From the NCBI GenBank assembly GCA_030613245.1, contig JAUWMI010000008.1:27831-91830 (forward strand): 64,000 bases of DNA. Direction: 5' to 3'. Below are positions 37,285-46,290 of this stretch, piece by piece. The translations under genes and the position numbers were made by a program. The DNA comes from Candidatus Sumerlaeota bacterium (GTDB taxonomy: Bacteria > Sumerlaeota > Sumerlaeia > MWCT01 > JAUWMI01). Each line of letters opens with the position of its first letter. Positions within the stretch are counted from its first letter, which is position 1. Under the pieces are notes generated by a model. That model saw only the letters and a program-made list of their open reading frames with translations. It ran no database searches and was not told the origin of the DNA.

Positions 37285-37950
37285 CTAGAGTTGTTCCTTG
37301 CTCGATGGGAGAGCAAGAGATGTTGTAATTGTCACAGGTTCTACCCGGTCCGTAGCATCGCGAATAATGACCGTAATTTCGACCACTCGCGGAACTGCGC
37401 CCGGTTTGAGAGCAACGACCCATTGGGGATTCAGCATCTCAAAAGCGCTCGCGTATCGAAAGCGCACTTCGCTTTCTACGTCTCCCACGCCAAGACCAAG
37501 AACACCAAGAGCCTGCTGGCTAGTTTCGGTCTCTGGGGAGGGAGAAGCCACACTCTGCCCAAGTAGTGTGCTCTCCATCATCACACGGTTCAGTTGCGTC
37601 TTCGCATCCCGCCGGTTGGTAATCAGATACTGCAAGGGCTGGCTCTCCTTTGCCATATGCAGAGAACGAAATTGCATCTGGTTTTCAGCAAAGTGCGTAG
37701 CGCCAGTGGGCGCCGCTTGTGCCAGCTCACCACTAGGGAAAAACTGTTTAAGCGACTTCGCTATAGTGTTGGTGATGAGGCGTCCTTCTTGCCGCATGGT
37801 CGCTTTCAGAATGTTGGCATCAGTAGCGGCGGTGGTGCGTATCAATATTCCAAGGATCAGGCCAAAAATAATCAGCCCACCCGCAATTGCCACAATTAGC
37901 TCAATCAGCGTTATCCCGTTTTGTTGGCGTCTCGAGAGGTACTTGATCAT
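37285..37950 (-). CDS. PilW/GspJ-like minor pilin
   Basis: 221 aa. RRQQNG|ITLIELIVAIAGGLIIFGL canonical prepilin cleavage/methylation motif. Confidence 0.65.
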   Translation of the reverse strand: MIKYLSRRQQNGITLIELIVAIAGGLIIFGLILGILIRTTAATDANILKATMRQEGRLITNTIAKSLKQFFPSGELAQAAPTGATHFAENQMQFRSLHMAKESQPLQYLITNRRDAKTQLNRVMMESTLLGQSVASPSPETETSQQALGVLGLGVGDVESEVRFRYASAFEMLNPQWVVALKPGAVPRVVEITVIIRDATDRVEPVTITTSLALPSSKEQL

Positions 37951-37983
37951 CCGCTTGGTTCCGCTTGTAGCGCTCTCTATTTG

Positions 37984-38104
37984 TCTGGTAGCACAAGCAT
38001 CCTTTTATCTGGTAGCACAGGCATCCTTGCCTGTGCATAGCTGTAACAGGCTGGAAGCCTGTTCTACCATTAGCTGTAACAAGCAAGAAGCCTGTTCTAC
38101 CATT
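37984..38104. repeat. Intergenic tandem repeats (2 x 24 bp, 2 x 33 bp) with two perfect 8-bp-stem hairpins between pilV-like and pilW-like genes
   Basis: Seen directly. 37984-38007 and 38008-38031 (tctggtagcacaRgcatcctt..). 38039-38071 and 38072-38104 (agctgtaacaRgcWRgaagcctgttctaccatt). Hairpins CACAGGCA-tcct-TGCCTGTG (38016-38035) and AACAGGCT-gga-AGCCTGTT (38045-38063). The last repeat unit abuts the pilV-like stop codon. The motif CCAGATAA from the pilV 3' end recurs in the repeats. Confidence 0.85.
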
Positions 38105-38596
38105 TTATCTGGCCACGTTCTCAATCAGGACAATTTTATTCCCTATCGGCAACTCGCTAATGTGAGAATATTTATTCCGCCCGGTCGGAAGCCACCCGGC
38201 AGTCACTGTCATTTTGATTATGTTTTCATTTTGTGGATTCAGGGCAAGGTCCGCCTGCCACACTATTCGTGAGAAGAGACGCGTTGAGGGGTAAATATCA
38301 GGCAGGTATTGTGTGACGAAAGCAATGCTCTCAGGGTAGGAAACTGACTGGTCGGTCCTCTGCATCTGACGCAAGCGAATGTAGGAGGCCAGGTTTTCGT
38401 ACCCCGCGGCTTTTAACTCCTCGAGCTTCCCTTTGGCCACGTACATGGCAAGGGACTTGTAATCATTGCGTTCAGACTGTTTTTGTGCGTTGAGATAGAG
38501 GTCCAGAACCCCATAGATTCCAAACACCAGGACAACGAGGGCAATCATGACTTCAACTAGAGTAAAACCACGGGTACCGGAAAGTCGCAGATTCAT
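38105..38596 (-). CDS. PilV/GspI-like minor pilin
   Basis: 163 aa. SGTRG|FTLVEVMIALVVLVFGI canonical prepilin motif. Confidence 0.65.
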   Translation of the reverse strand: MNLRLSGTRGFTLVEVMIALVVLVFGIYGVLDLYLNAQKQSERNDYKSLAMYVAKGKLEELKAAGYENLASYIRLRQMQRTDQSVSYPESIAFVTQYLPDIYPSTRLFSRIVWQADLALNPQNENIIKMTVTAGWLPTGRNKYSHISELPIGNKIVLIENVAR

Positions 38597-38797
38597 CAGG
38601 ATTCCAGGAGGTATTTAGATTATGAGTAGAAATACATTGGCTCGATCAGCCGTGTCAATACTTTATTTTTTCAATTTCCCGCTGAATTTACTCTGGATCG
38701 ATAGGGATGATCAGTGAAGTACAAAGTGGCACGGGCATCTTGCCCGTGAGAAATCGGAAAAGAACCACCTGGCCTGCATGTTGGCAGACAGGCCAGT

Positions 38798-39817
38798 CTA
38801 TCTTGCTTTCACTAGGCCGCGCTTAAGCATCTCTTCAGCGATCTGGATTGCATTCAGCGCAGCGCCCTTTCGCAGATTGTCGCTTACAATCCACAGGTCA
38901 ATGCCGTTTTCACACGATATGTCCTCGCGGATTCTTCCAACGTAGGTCTCGTCGCGATTCTCCCCATGGATCGCCATGGGATATTCATTCTGCTGCGGAT
39001 TATCCACGACTACAACACCCGGCGCTTTGCCCAGCAGCGTGCGAATCTCCTTGGCCGCAATTTTCTTCTTCGTCTCAATGTTCACGGCTTCGCTGTGGCA
39101 CCTGATTACCGGCACCCGAACCGTAGTTGCGGTAATTGCGATGGTGTCGTCTTCAAGAATCTTGCGCGTTTCATTTACCATCTTCATTTCTTCTTTACTG
39201 TAGCCGTTATCGAAAAAGACATCAATGTGCGGCAGACAGTTGAAGGCAATCTGGTGTGGATAGACCTTGACGGCAATATCGCGCCGGCCGGCAAGCAGCG
39301 CGCGGCTTTGCTCGAGCAACTCCTCAATCGCCTCAGTCCCCGTCCCCGACACTGATTGGTACGTGGCTATTACCAGACGCTTAATCCCAACTGCTTTGTG
39401 GATCGGATTGAGTACCACCACCATCTGAATTGTCGAGCAGTTCGGATTGGCGATGATCCCTTTATGATCGGCAAGGGCATGGGCGTTAACCTCGGGGACA
39501 ACCAGCGGCACGTCTTTCTCCATTCGATATGCACTGGTATTATCTACCACCACGGCCCCGGCATTCACTGCTGCTGGGGCAAACTCTTTCGACACGCTGG
39601 CCCCTGCCGAGGAAAGCACCAGATCAATGTCTTTGAATGATTCTTTCGTGAGTATCTGAACTTCGTGCAGATTCCCCCGAAACGGTAATTTCTTACCTGC
39701 TGAACGCTCCGAGGCTAGTAGCTTCAGAATCGAACAGGGAAACTCGCGCTGTTCAAGAATTTTTATCATCTCCTGTCCTACAGCTCCAGTAGCGCCCATG
39801 ATTGCTGTGCGTACCAT
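38798..39817 (-). CDS. asd: Aspartate-semialdehyde dehydrogenase
   Basis: MVRTAIMGATGAVGQEMIKIL Rossmann N-terminus. Catalytic Cys region IANPNCSTIQMV. 339 aa. Confidence 0.9.
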   Translation of the reverse strand: MVRTAIMGATGAVGQEMIKILEQREFPCSILKLLASERSAGKKLPFRGNLHEVQILTKESFKDIDLVLSSAGASVSKEFAPAAVNAGAVVVDNTSAYRMEKDVPLVVPEVNAHALADHKGIIANPNCSTIQMVVVLNPIHKAVGIKRLVIATYQSVSGTGTEAIEELLEQSRALLAGRRDIAVKVYPHQIAFNCLPHIDVFFDNGYSKEEMKMVNETRKILEDDTIAITATTVRVPVIRCHSEAVNIETKKKIAAKEIRTLLGKAPGVVVVDNPQQNEYPMAIHGENRDETYVGRIREDISCENGIDLWIVSDNLRKGAALNAIQIAEEMLKRGLVKAR

Positions 39818-40006
39818 GGTAAACCATTACCTCCCTGAAAAGTTCTAATTGCCCTCTTTGTCGCGCAAAAATTTAGTGGGGAATTCTGCTGTGTCTTTAT
39901 CAATATTGCAAGGATTTTTTAGTGTTTTGTCATCTTGCTCGACAGAGGCGACCGTGATGCTTCTCGAGATGGATCTTTATAGGTAGGAACAGATTACAAT
40001 CTGTCC

Positions 40007-42907
40007 CTACTCCAGGCCCTTTTCCTTCCGGGCTTTCTTCCGTGCCTTAAGCAGGCGATCCGTGTACGACTGTTCCCTCGCCTTCTCCTCCCGTTTGTCT
40101 TCAGGCTTCGGAGCCGATGGCTCCCTGGCCTGGAAAGCGGGCTCAGCAAATGGCGTCACTTCTCCAGGCGGTGTTTCGGACTTGCGTTTTGCTTCAGCCT
40201 GCGCCCTTAGCGCATCGAGGTCAATGGTCAGACCCTTTGGCTCATGCGAAATACGCTGCTTGCGCTCCTTGAGCGTTCCCACAACCGTATCTGCGGGCAC
40301 AGGTTGTTTTTTGGGGATCGGAAGCGTTACTACCCGTGCTAAAGCCTGAAGAGCTGTCTCGATCTGGTGCCGATCAAAAACCACACGTCGAAACGCAATA
40401 TCAAGCGGCAAGAGCAGCAACGCTACGAGCAAAAGCTCATGCCAGAGAGGTCGTGGCTTTCGCACCGTTGTGCCGAGGTGTGCAAACATTTCTTCCGGGC
40501 GAGGATTGAGCCGGCCGTGTGAGACCGAGGCAATCTGGTTCAAGAGAAAGTAATTTGGCGTAAATGTGTTGAATTCGGGCGGATATGATATAACGTGCCC
40601 GGTTGTTGCCGTTTCCAACTCTTCTCCCCATGTGCTGACCAGATATGGCCCAATTTCAATTGCCGTAAATTCGCCCTGATACCTGCCTGGAGCTACCTGT
40701 TTCATGCCGAGCGAAAATGCGTTCTTCTCCGGTGTCACGATCCGTGCTTCCAGCGCAAGGAAATTGATAAATTTGCCTGCTTCGTCAATAGCGTCAACTG
40801 TAAGTGTGCCTTTGCCCTGCTCGATCTTCAAATGCGGATGCAGCGCGCCCTCTTTCTGCTGGCGCACAACCCAGCGCACGAGCTGTTGCCAGAATTTCCC
40901 AAATCCCTGCCACTCCAGCCACTCTCCAGCCCACCGATTCTTTGCATCCGACGTGAATGCCACGGATTTGCCCAAGCCATACCGCCATACTGCCAGCAAA
41001 GGGTCGTCTTTATGTGTGCTCAGGAGAACCTCCGCCCGCTCTTTAGGCTGCGTTGCAACATAGCCATGCAGCTGCGGGATGCCCATATCTGTCAGGCCCT
41101 GAAGAATTTCATGGCTCTGCACTATTGCCGGAACAAAAGGTTCCTCGATTACGTACGAGCGCTGAACCAGCTGGGTTTCTTTCGTGAAGATGCGCGGAAT
41201 GCTATACGGGTCGTCTGTAAAGTAATAACGCCCCTGCGCCATTTCTGCCAGATATCCCATCAGTTCCTGATCCGCATCTGAGCCGATGGCAACGGTGGAC
41301 AAAGTTATTTTCTCGTCCGCAATATTTTCCACCAGCGTGTCAAAGTTTGCCGGTTGTGTCCGTCCATCAGAAAGGAGGATGATATGCTTCACCTGGACGT
41401 CTGCCTCCTGCAGGGCGCTGAAGGCGTTTTTTAGGGCCGGATAAATATCTGTTCCACCGCCAGATCGGATCGAACGGATGGTGTCAATAATGAGGTATTT
41501 TTCCGTGGCTGGAGTCAGCTGCTGAACCCACTGGGCCGCTGAGTCGAACGCAATAACGCCCACCTGATCGCGCGGCGTGAGAATCTCTACTGCTGCAACT
41601 GCCGCTTCATTGGCGAGCTCCATTTTCGTGGCACCATGCATTTCGCCCGACATGCTCCCCGACTTGTCAATAACCATGATCAGGGCCAGACTCGGGAAAC
41701 GTTTCTTATCCCTCAATTCCATGTAAACTGGCAGCGCCTCTTCCACCGGCGTGTTGTGATAACCGCCCACCCCAAATGAATCTTCACCGCCAATCATGGT
41801 CAGTCCGCCACCGAGGTCGTGCACATAGGTCTTGACCAGCTTGAGTTGATCTTTCGAAAATGTTTCCGCTGAGACGTTAGCCAGAAAAAGGGCGTCATAG
41901 CTTTGCATCTCTGCAGGGCTCGTGGGCATGTGCAGGGTCTGATCGCTCAGAATCTCTTCTTGCTCCAGAACTTCCCGGACAAATTGGACGTTTTTCTCTG
42001 TCCCAACCAGGAGCACCTTAGGTTCACCATATACCATGGTGAATGCAGACGCGGTATTATTATCCGGTATCGTATCACGCAGCGATTCGGCGACAACACG
42101 GTAGGTATGAAAACCCGGGTCAGCTTCTGCCTGCGGAAGCAGAAAGACGTTCTTGCCAGCAGTCAGCTGAATAGACTGCGCGCCAATGAAGTTTGTGTCT
42201 TTAAAGAGCTGCACCATGGCAACCGTATCAACATTGGCCTCAATGATGATCTTCACATCAAAGGGCTTTCCCCGATCTACCTGTTCAGGCACAATGAGTT
42301 TGCTGACCAGTACCTCTTCGGGGATAGCAGGCTGTAGCGCAACAATATCAATCGGCACGTCGTTTGCCGCAGCCACCATGGCCTCAGAAAGCGCATTGCC
42401 AAGATTCTCGTTTCCGTCAGTAAAGAGAATCAGGCGCTTTTGCTTATCCTCGGGAAAGAGACCCAGTGTCAGACGAAGTGCCTTCGCAATATTCGTGTGA
42501 TAGGGCGAGGGAGCAGACTCGATCTTAGCGAAGTCAGGCGCACGCGCAGGAGCCGAGTCAACCGAGACGTCTTCTCCAAACACTACAAGGCCGGCAACAT
42601 CATCAGGGCTCATCGCGGCGACGGCCTCACGGATTGTCTCCAGGGCGCGCTCCGATTCAGTCGCGGGAATACTCAGTGACCTGTCAAGTGCGAACAGCAC
42701 ACAGAGCTGGTCAGTGGCGCTGAAAAACGTCATCCCTGACAGAGCGAAAATGAGCAGCAAGATAATGACTAACCGCATTACCAGGGCTGTGCGTTTTCGC
42801 CATAGCGGCAAGGCCACCAGTGTTTTTCGCTCAATCAGAAATAGCACAGGCACCGCAAGCAGCAGCACGAGAAAAAATGGTTTGGAAAAGCCCACAGGCC
42901 ACAGCAT
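40007..42907 (-). CDS. Membrane-anchored von Willebrand factor A domain protein (BatA/BatB-like, double vWA)
   Basis: 966 aa. N-terminal double TM. Two vWA MIDAS-type blocks (VLFALDRSLSI; LIMVIDKSGSMSG). Basic/acidic C-terminal tail. Resembles the N-terminal double-TM plus vWA architecture of aerotolerance BatA-type proteins. Confidence 0.65.
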   Translation of the reverse strand: MLWPVGFSKPFFLVLLLAVPVLFLIERKTLVALPLWRKRTALVMRLVIILLLIFALSGMTFFSATDQLCVLFALDRSLSIPATESERALETIREAVAAMSPDDVAGLVVFGEDVSVDSAPARAPDFAKIESAPSPYHTNIAKALRLTLGLFPEDKQKRLILFTDGNENLGNALSEAMVAAANDVPIDIVALQPAIPEEVLVSKLIVPEQVDRGKPFDVKIIIEANVDTVAMVQLFKDTNFIGAQSIQLTAGKNVFLLPQAEADPGFHTYRVVAESLRDTIPDNNTASAFTMVYGEPKVLLVGTEKNVQFVREVLEQEEILSDQTLHMPTSPAEMQSYDALFLANVSAETFSKDQLKLVKTYVHDLGGGLTMIGGEDSFGVGGYHNTPVEEALPVYMELRDKKRFPSLALIMVIDKSGSMSGEMHGATKMELANEAAVAAVEILTPRDQVGVIAFDSAAQWVQQLTPATEKYLIIDTIRSIRSGGGTDIYPALKNAFSALQEADVQVKHIILLSDGRTQPANFDTLVENIADEKITLSTVAIGSDADQELMGYLAEMAQGRYYFTDDPYSIPRIFTKETQLVQRSYVIEEPFVPAIVQSHEILQGLTDMGIPQLHGYVATQPKERAEVLLSTHKDDPLLAVWRYGLGKSVAFTSDAKNRWAGEWLEWQGFGKFWQQLVRWVVRQQKEGALHPHLKIEQGKGTLTVDAIDEAGKFINFLALEARIVTPEKNAFSLGMKQVAPGRYQGEFTAIEIGPYLVSTWGEELETATTGHVISYPPEFNTFTPNYFLLNQIASVSHGRLNPRPEEMFAHLGTTVRKPRPLWHELLLVALLLLPLDIAFRRVVFDRHQIETALQALARVVTLPIPKKQPVPADTVVGTLKERKQRISHEPKGLTIDLDALRAQAEAKRKSETPPGEVTPFAEPAFQAREPSAPKPEDKREEKAREQSYTDRLLKARKKARKEKGLE

Positions 42908-43248
42908 TCTCAGACATCCTTAAGGCTTTATGGTTTATGTTTAAGCGACTTGAGGTTAGCATTGCAATTGATTTCTTGCCAGGTCCAACAAACGATTAGT
43001 AGAGCCGATGTCATGTTTTTCGCAGTGGTGCCAATCGAGAGTAGGGGCAGTTCGTGAACTGCCCTTAATTATTGACATTTCGTCAGAGCCATTGCTCAAG
43101 CCACGCTTTTTCAGGCCTTTATCCGCCACTGGCGGATTTATGCGTCCGTCTGGGCGGGCAAGCCTTAGGCGCGTTAATAGGCCGAGAAACTGGACAGGTA
43201 GCAGGGCCAAAAAAATCACTTTTGGGCAAAAAAAATACTTGACAGGCC

Positions 43249-43277
43249 ACGGCCCCTCAGGTAAATTCCAATTTCGA
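43249..43277 (+). promoter_or_regulatory. Sigma70-type promoter for the LTD secreted-protein gene (TTGACA-N17-TAAATT)
   Basis: Seen directly: TTGACAggccacggcccctcaggTAAATT at 43249-43277. A TATACT lies shortly downstream. Followed by an about 115-nt leader with two GGAGG motifs. Confidence 0.5.
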
Positions 43278-43401
43278 ATGCTGGAGTAGTATACTATCAT
43301 TCCAGCAAATAGGGATATAGCCTAAAAAAAAGGAGGTGAATCAGGAAGGAGTTTATCGTAACTCATTTTACCATTCTAAAAGTCTAAAAGGAGGTATTTA
43401 A

Positions 43402-45621
43402 ATGAGGCGAATAACGCTTATTGTGTTGGCGTTGATGGTTTGCTCAATTGCCTCGGCAGTTCCCATCAATCCCACGGTAGACTGGTATACGTCATACACT
43501 CCCTACCGTCACTACAACACGGCGTACAATCCAGCCACCGGCCACCTCATCACGAATAACAGATATTACAGCGCTTCCGAACAGGCATTAGGCTACGTCC
43601 CGGAACTCAGTATTTGGGATTCCACTGACGGCTCGTACATCAAAGGCCTTGCCTTTGCTGAAGGTAGCAGCCCATTCAGCCTCACATGCACGACTGACGG
43701 TGTAATCATGGGGGCCGATCTGAGCCTTGGTGAGGTTGTTTCGTGGTGGGCTGATGAGAACACCAGTCCGGGTGTGCTTAAGCCTGCTCCAGACCTTGAT
43801 TTCAGCCGTGGTTGTAATGTGCGTGGCACCAGCAGCAGTCCTACACTGTACATGGCTTGTGGTAGCAGTGACCTTGACAAGGCCCAGGTACTGCAGCTAG
43901 ACGCCACATTGACCACCTGGAGCGTGGTGAGTGTGATTCCCGCACCTTTCTGCAAGTCGGCGGTCGCTGTTAAAGATCAGAACACAGTCTTCGGCGGCGG
44001 GCCGTGGATGGAAGACGGCGACGCCAGTCCGACTCTGGGATTCCCGGATGTCCGTAGGAATATGAATCCTGGTAGCTGGGCGTACGCGAACTGGGTGCGT
44101 GATGACACGTTCAACCCGGAAGATGCTACAACAGGTGGATGGTCTTACACTCTATCTGCTGACTATGCTGACGGACTCTACTGGGCTCTCTTGTACTGGG
44201 ATGCACGAATTGTCGCCTACGAGGCAGTGCATGGTACGATCCTAGCCAGCATGCCCGTTGATACATGGGGGTACCTGTCATGGGGTAAGCCCGCAATTCT
44301 CTATTACGGCGGTCTTATTACCGAGGAAGGCGGAGCACCCAACAACACCGTTTTCTGGGGTTCCCGGCTGTATAATGCTGGCTATAATGGCGCGCTGGGC
44401 AAGATGACCTACACTGCGCCCCTGCCGGTGATCAACGAGGTCGACTACGACAATGCCGGCACGGACCTCACAGAATTCGTCGAGCTCTGGGGCGTGCCTG
44501 GCACCGACATTTCAGGCTACCAGCTGATAGGCCACACTGCTTCTAGTGGAGACGAATATGCCACTTACACGGTCCCTGCGAGCACGGTGATTCCTGCTGA
44601 CGGGTTCTACGTGATGGGTGCTGCCACTGTGGCTAATGTTGACCAGGTGATCGGCGTCACGAATCTCATTCAGAATGGTACGCCGGATGCCCTCGTGCTG
44701 AGGAACGCAGGTGGTACGATCATTGATGCGCTCGGCTACGAGATGGAGAATACTCCTGGCGCGTTGCCTTCATTCTCGTATGAAGGCACTGGTATGCGTG
44801 GTGGTGCCAACTTCGGTGCGCAGGTCTCTGTTGGAAGAAAGGCTGATGGCCGTGACTCCGATGATAACCAGGCAGACTTCGACATCATGAAGCCGTCACC
44901 TGGCGCAAAGAACCGGGGTTCGCTCTGGTCTGATGACATGCCGTACGTAGATCGCTTCCCGGGTGCGGGTCCTGAGCTGGCATGGTATGGCACCTTCGTT
45001 ACTCCAACCACGCTGGATCCAGCATCAGTTGGTGCACCTGATTCGCCTGAGGCTGCTATTACTGGCCTGATTCCGACTGCATCACCTGATTCAGTTGGTC
45101 GGGTAGACGATCCGTCTGGTGGTGGCAACGCGGTCATTCTCGGTGATCACAGCGTTGGCAGTGCTAACATCAACATCCAGGGCTGGGCCTATATCGGTGT
45201 TGATGGCGAGTCGATTGCCTTGTTCGTCCGTGGTCTTGGCGATGCCGCATGGCAGAGCAGCAGTTCAGACTATGAGAATTGCTATGCCATTCAGTACTTC
45301 GATGATGAAACCACAAATGTTGTGCAGGCGATTAAGCTGCAGGCTGGGACCAAGACTGTCTTTGCACAGTCAGACTACGTTGGCTCGCCGGCATGGCATC
45401 ATCTGCGCATCTGGGCCAACGGCTCGACCGTGGCGACGTATCTAGACAGTGCCAAGTTGTCTGAGGACACTGATAGCGACATCGCTAGCGGGCCTGTCGG
45501 TTTTGGCTACAGAGAGGTACACACTGGAGCTCCTATTAACGGCATGATAGTAGACAGCGTTATCATTGATAAGAACTTCGGTGATGCTGTGACCACTGTC
45601 GCAGATTGGAACCTCTTCTGA
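43402..45621 (+). CDS. Secreted protein with lamin-tail (LTD) domain and C-terminal LamG/concanavalin-like region
   Basis: Signal peptide MRRITLIVLALMVCSIASA. Strong RBS AAAGGAGGtatttaaATG. LTD motif INEVDYDNAGTDLTEFVELWGVPGTDISGYQL. 739 aa. Confidence 0.75.
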   Translation: MRRITLIVLALMVCSIASAVPINPTVDWYTSYTPYRHYNTAYNPATGHLITNNRYYSASEQALGYVPELSIWDSTDGSYIKGLAFAEGSSPFSLTCTTDGVIMGADLSLGEVVSWWADENTSPGVLKPAPDLDFSRGCNVRGTSSSPTLYMACGSSDLDKAQVLQLDATLTTWSVVSVIPAPFCKSAVAVKDQNTVFGGGPWMEDGDASPTLGFPDVRRNMNPGSWAYANWVRDDTFNPEDATTGGWSYTLSADYADGLYWALLYWDARIVAYEAVHGTILASMPVDTWGYLSWGKPAILYYGGLITEEGGAPNNTVFWGSRLYNAGYNGALGKMTYTAPLPVINEVDYDNAGTDLTEFVELWGVPGTDISGYQLIGHTASSGDEYATYTVPASTVIPADGFYVMGAATVANVDQVIGVTNLIQNGTPDALVLRNAGGTIIDALGYEMENTPGALPSFSYEGTGMRGGANFGAQVSVGRKADGRDSDDNQADFDIMKPSPGAKNRGSLWSDDMPYVDRFPGAGPELAWYGTFVTPTTLDPASVGAPDSPEAAITGLIPTASPDSVGRVDDPSGGGNAVILGDHSVGSANINIQGWAYIGVDGESIALFVRGLGDAAWQSSSSDYENCYAIQYFDDETTNVVQAIKLQAGTKTVFAQSDYVGSPAWHHLRIWANGSTVATYLDSAKLSEDTDSDIASGPVGFGYREVHTGAPINGMIVDSVIIDKNFGDAVTTVADWNLF

Positions 45622-45649
45622 CGCTCACTGCCTAGCAGAGTGATTCTGA

Positions 45650-45687
45650 GGGGTAAATAAGGTAACCTTATTTACCCCTTTTTTTTT
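45650..45687 (+). terminator. Rho-independent terminator (13-bp perfect stem, 3-nt loop, T9)
   Basis: GGGGTAAATAAGG-taa-CCTTATTTACCCC followed by TTTTTTTTT, 29 nt after the LTD gene stop. Confidence 0.8.
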
Positions 45688-45700
45688 GACTCCATCATCT

Positions 45701-45788
45701 TAAACTGCTAAACTGCTAAACTGCTAAACTGCTGAATTGCTCCATTGCTAAACTGCTAAACTGTTAAACTGCTAAATTGCCCCACTGC
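45701..45788. repeat. Left array of 11 degenerate 8-bp tandem repeats (unit TAAACTGC)
   Basis: Seen directly: taaactgc x4, tgaattgc, tccattgc, taaactgc, taaactgt, taaactgc, taaattgc, cccactgc. Ends 2 nt before the ATG of the four-helix-bundle gene. Confidence 0.9.
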
Positions 45789-45790
45789 TA

Positions 45791-46165
45791 ATGAAGAAAT
45801 ACCTTGAATTGAAAGATCTTAGTGCTTATAGAATAGCCTTTGATCTGTCAAATTATATATGGGCTATTGTAATTAAGTGGAACTATTTTGCAAAGGATAC
45901 CGTAGGAAGGCAATTAGTGAGAGCGGTGGATTCCATTTCTGCCAATATTGCAGAAGGCTTTGGCCGGTACTTTAAAAAAGACAAGATTAACTTCTATCGT
46001 TACAGCTATGGTTCAATTGAAGAATCAATTGATTGGATTGAGAAGGCGTATAAAAGAGGTTTATTGAAGGAAGGAGAGTACAGACATATTTCCAGCGAAT
46101 TAAATAAACTGCCAAAGGAAATACACTCTTTAATCAAATTTACCAATAGTCGTTTAACAAAATAG
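45791..46165 (+). CDS. Four-helix-bundle protein of the 23S rRNA intervening-sequence protein family (TIGR02436/PF05635-like)
   Basis: 124 aa. Motif RAVDSISANIAEGFGRY matches the family signature (..SIpANIAEGfgR). Conspicuously AT-rich (about 35% GC) relative to its neighbours. Confidence 0.75.
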   Translation: MKKYLELKDLSAYRIAFDLSNYIWAIVIKWNYFAKDTVGRQLVRAVDSISANIAEGFGRYFKKDKINFYRYSYGSIEESIDWIEKAYKRGLLKEGEYRHISSELNKLPKEIHSLIKFTNSRLTK

Positions 46166-46277
46166 CCATGTAGCAATTTAGCAGTTTGGCAGTTTGGCAG
46201 TTTAGCAGTTTAGCCGTTTAGCCGTTTAGCAATTTAGCCATGTAGCAATTTAACAATTTAACAATGTATCAATTTAA
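46166..46277. repeat. Right array of 14 degenerate 8-bp tandem repeats (unit CAGTTTAG, reverse complement of the left-array unit)
   Basis: Seen directly: ccatgtag, caatttag, cagtttgg x2, cagtttag x2, ccgtttag x2, caatttag, ccatgtag, caatttaa x2, caatgtat, caatttaa. Begins at the nucleotide after the stop codon. Ends 13 nt before the ATG of the surA-like gene. Confidence 0.9.
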
Positions 46278-46290
46278 TGGAGGTTTGTTT

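Larger units (their letters stand above)
45701..46277 (+). mobile_element. IVS-like / hairpin cassette: inverted 8-bp-repeat arrays flanking a low-GC four-helix-bundle gene
   Basis: Inverted orientation of the two arrays, exact abutment to the ORF, compositional contrast, and a family known from rRNA intervening sequences bounded by inverted repeats. Mobile or processed-element status is inferred. Confidence 0.4.

Noticed and set aside
42956-43300. 114-aa minus-strand ORF between the vWA gene and the LTD gene
   Set aside because: It overlaps the well-formed TTGACA/TAAATT promoter and leader of the LTD gene. It has no RBS and no recognisable motif. Likely spurious.
43316-43401. GTG-initiated 21-codon uORF in the LTD gene leader (VNQEGVYRNSFYHSKSLKGGI) ending at the TAA that abuts the main ATG
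   Set aside because: The only SD-like sequence overlaps the GTG itself (GGAGGTG) with zero spacing, so initiation there is unlikely. Retained only as a duplicated-SD observation.
45701-46277. Short tandem arrays considered as a possible CRISPR array
   Set aside because: Units are only 8 bp, directly abutting, with no spacers. The two arrays are inverted copies flanking an ORF. This is not CRISPR.
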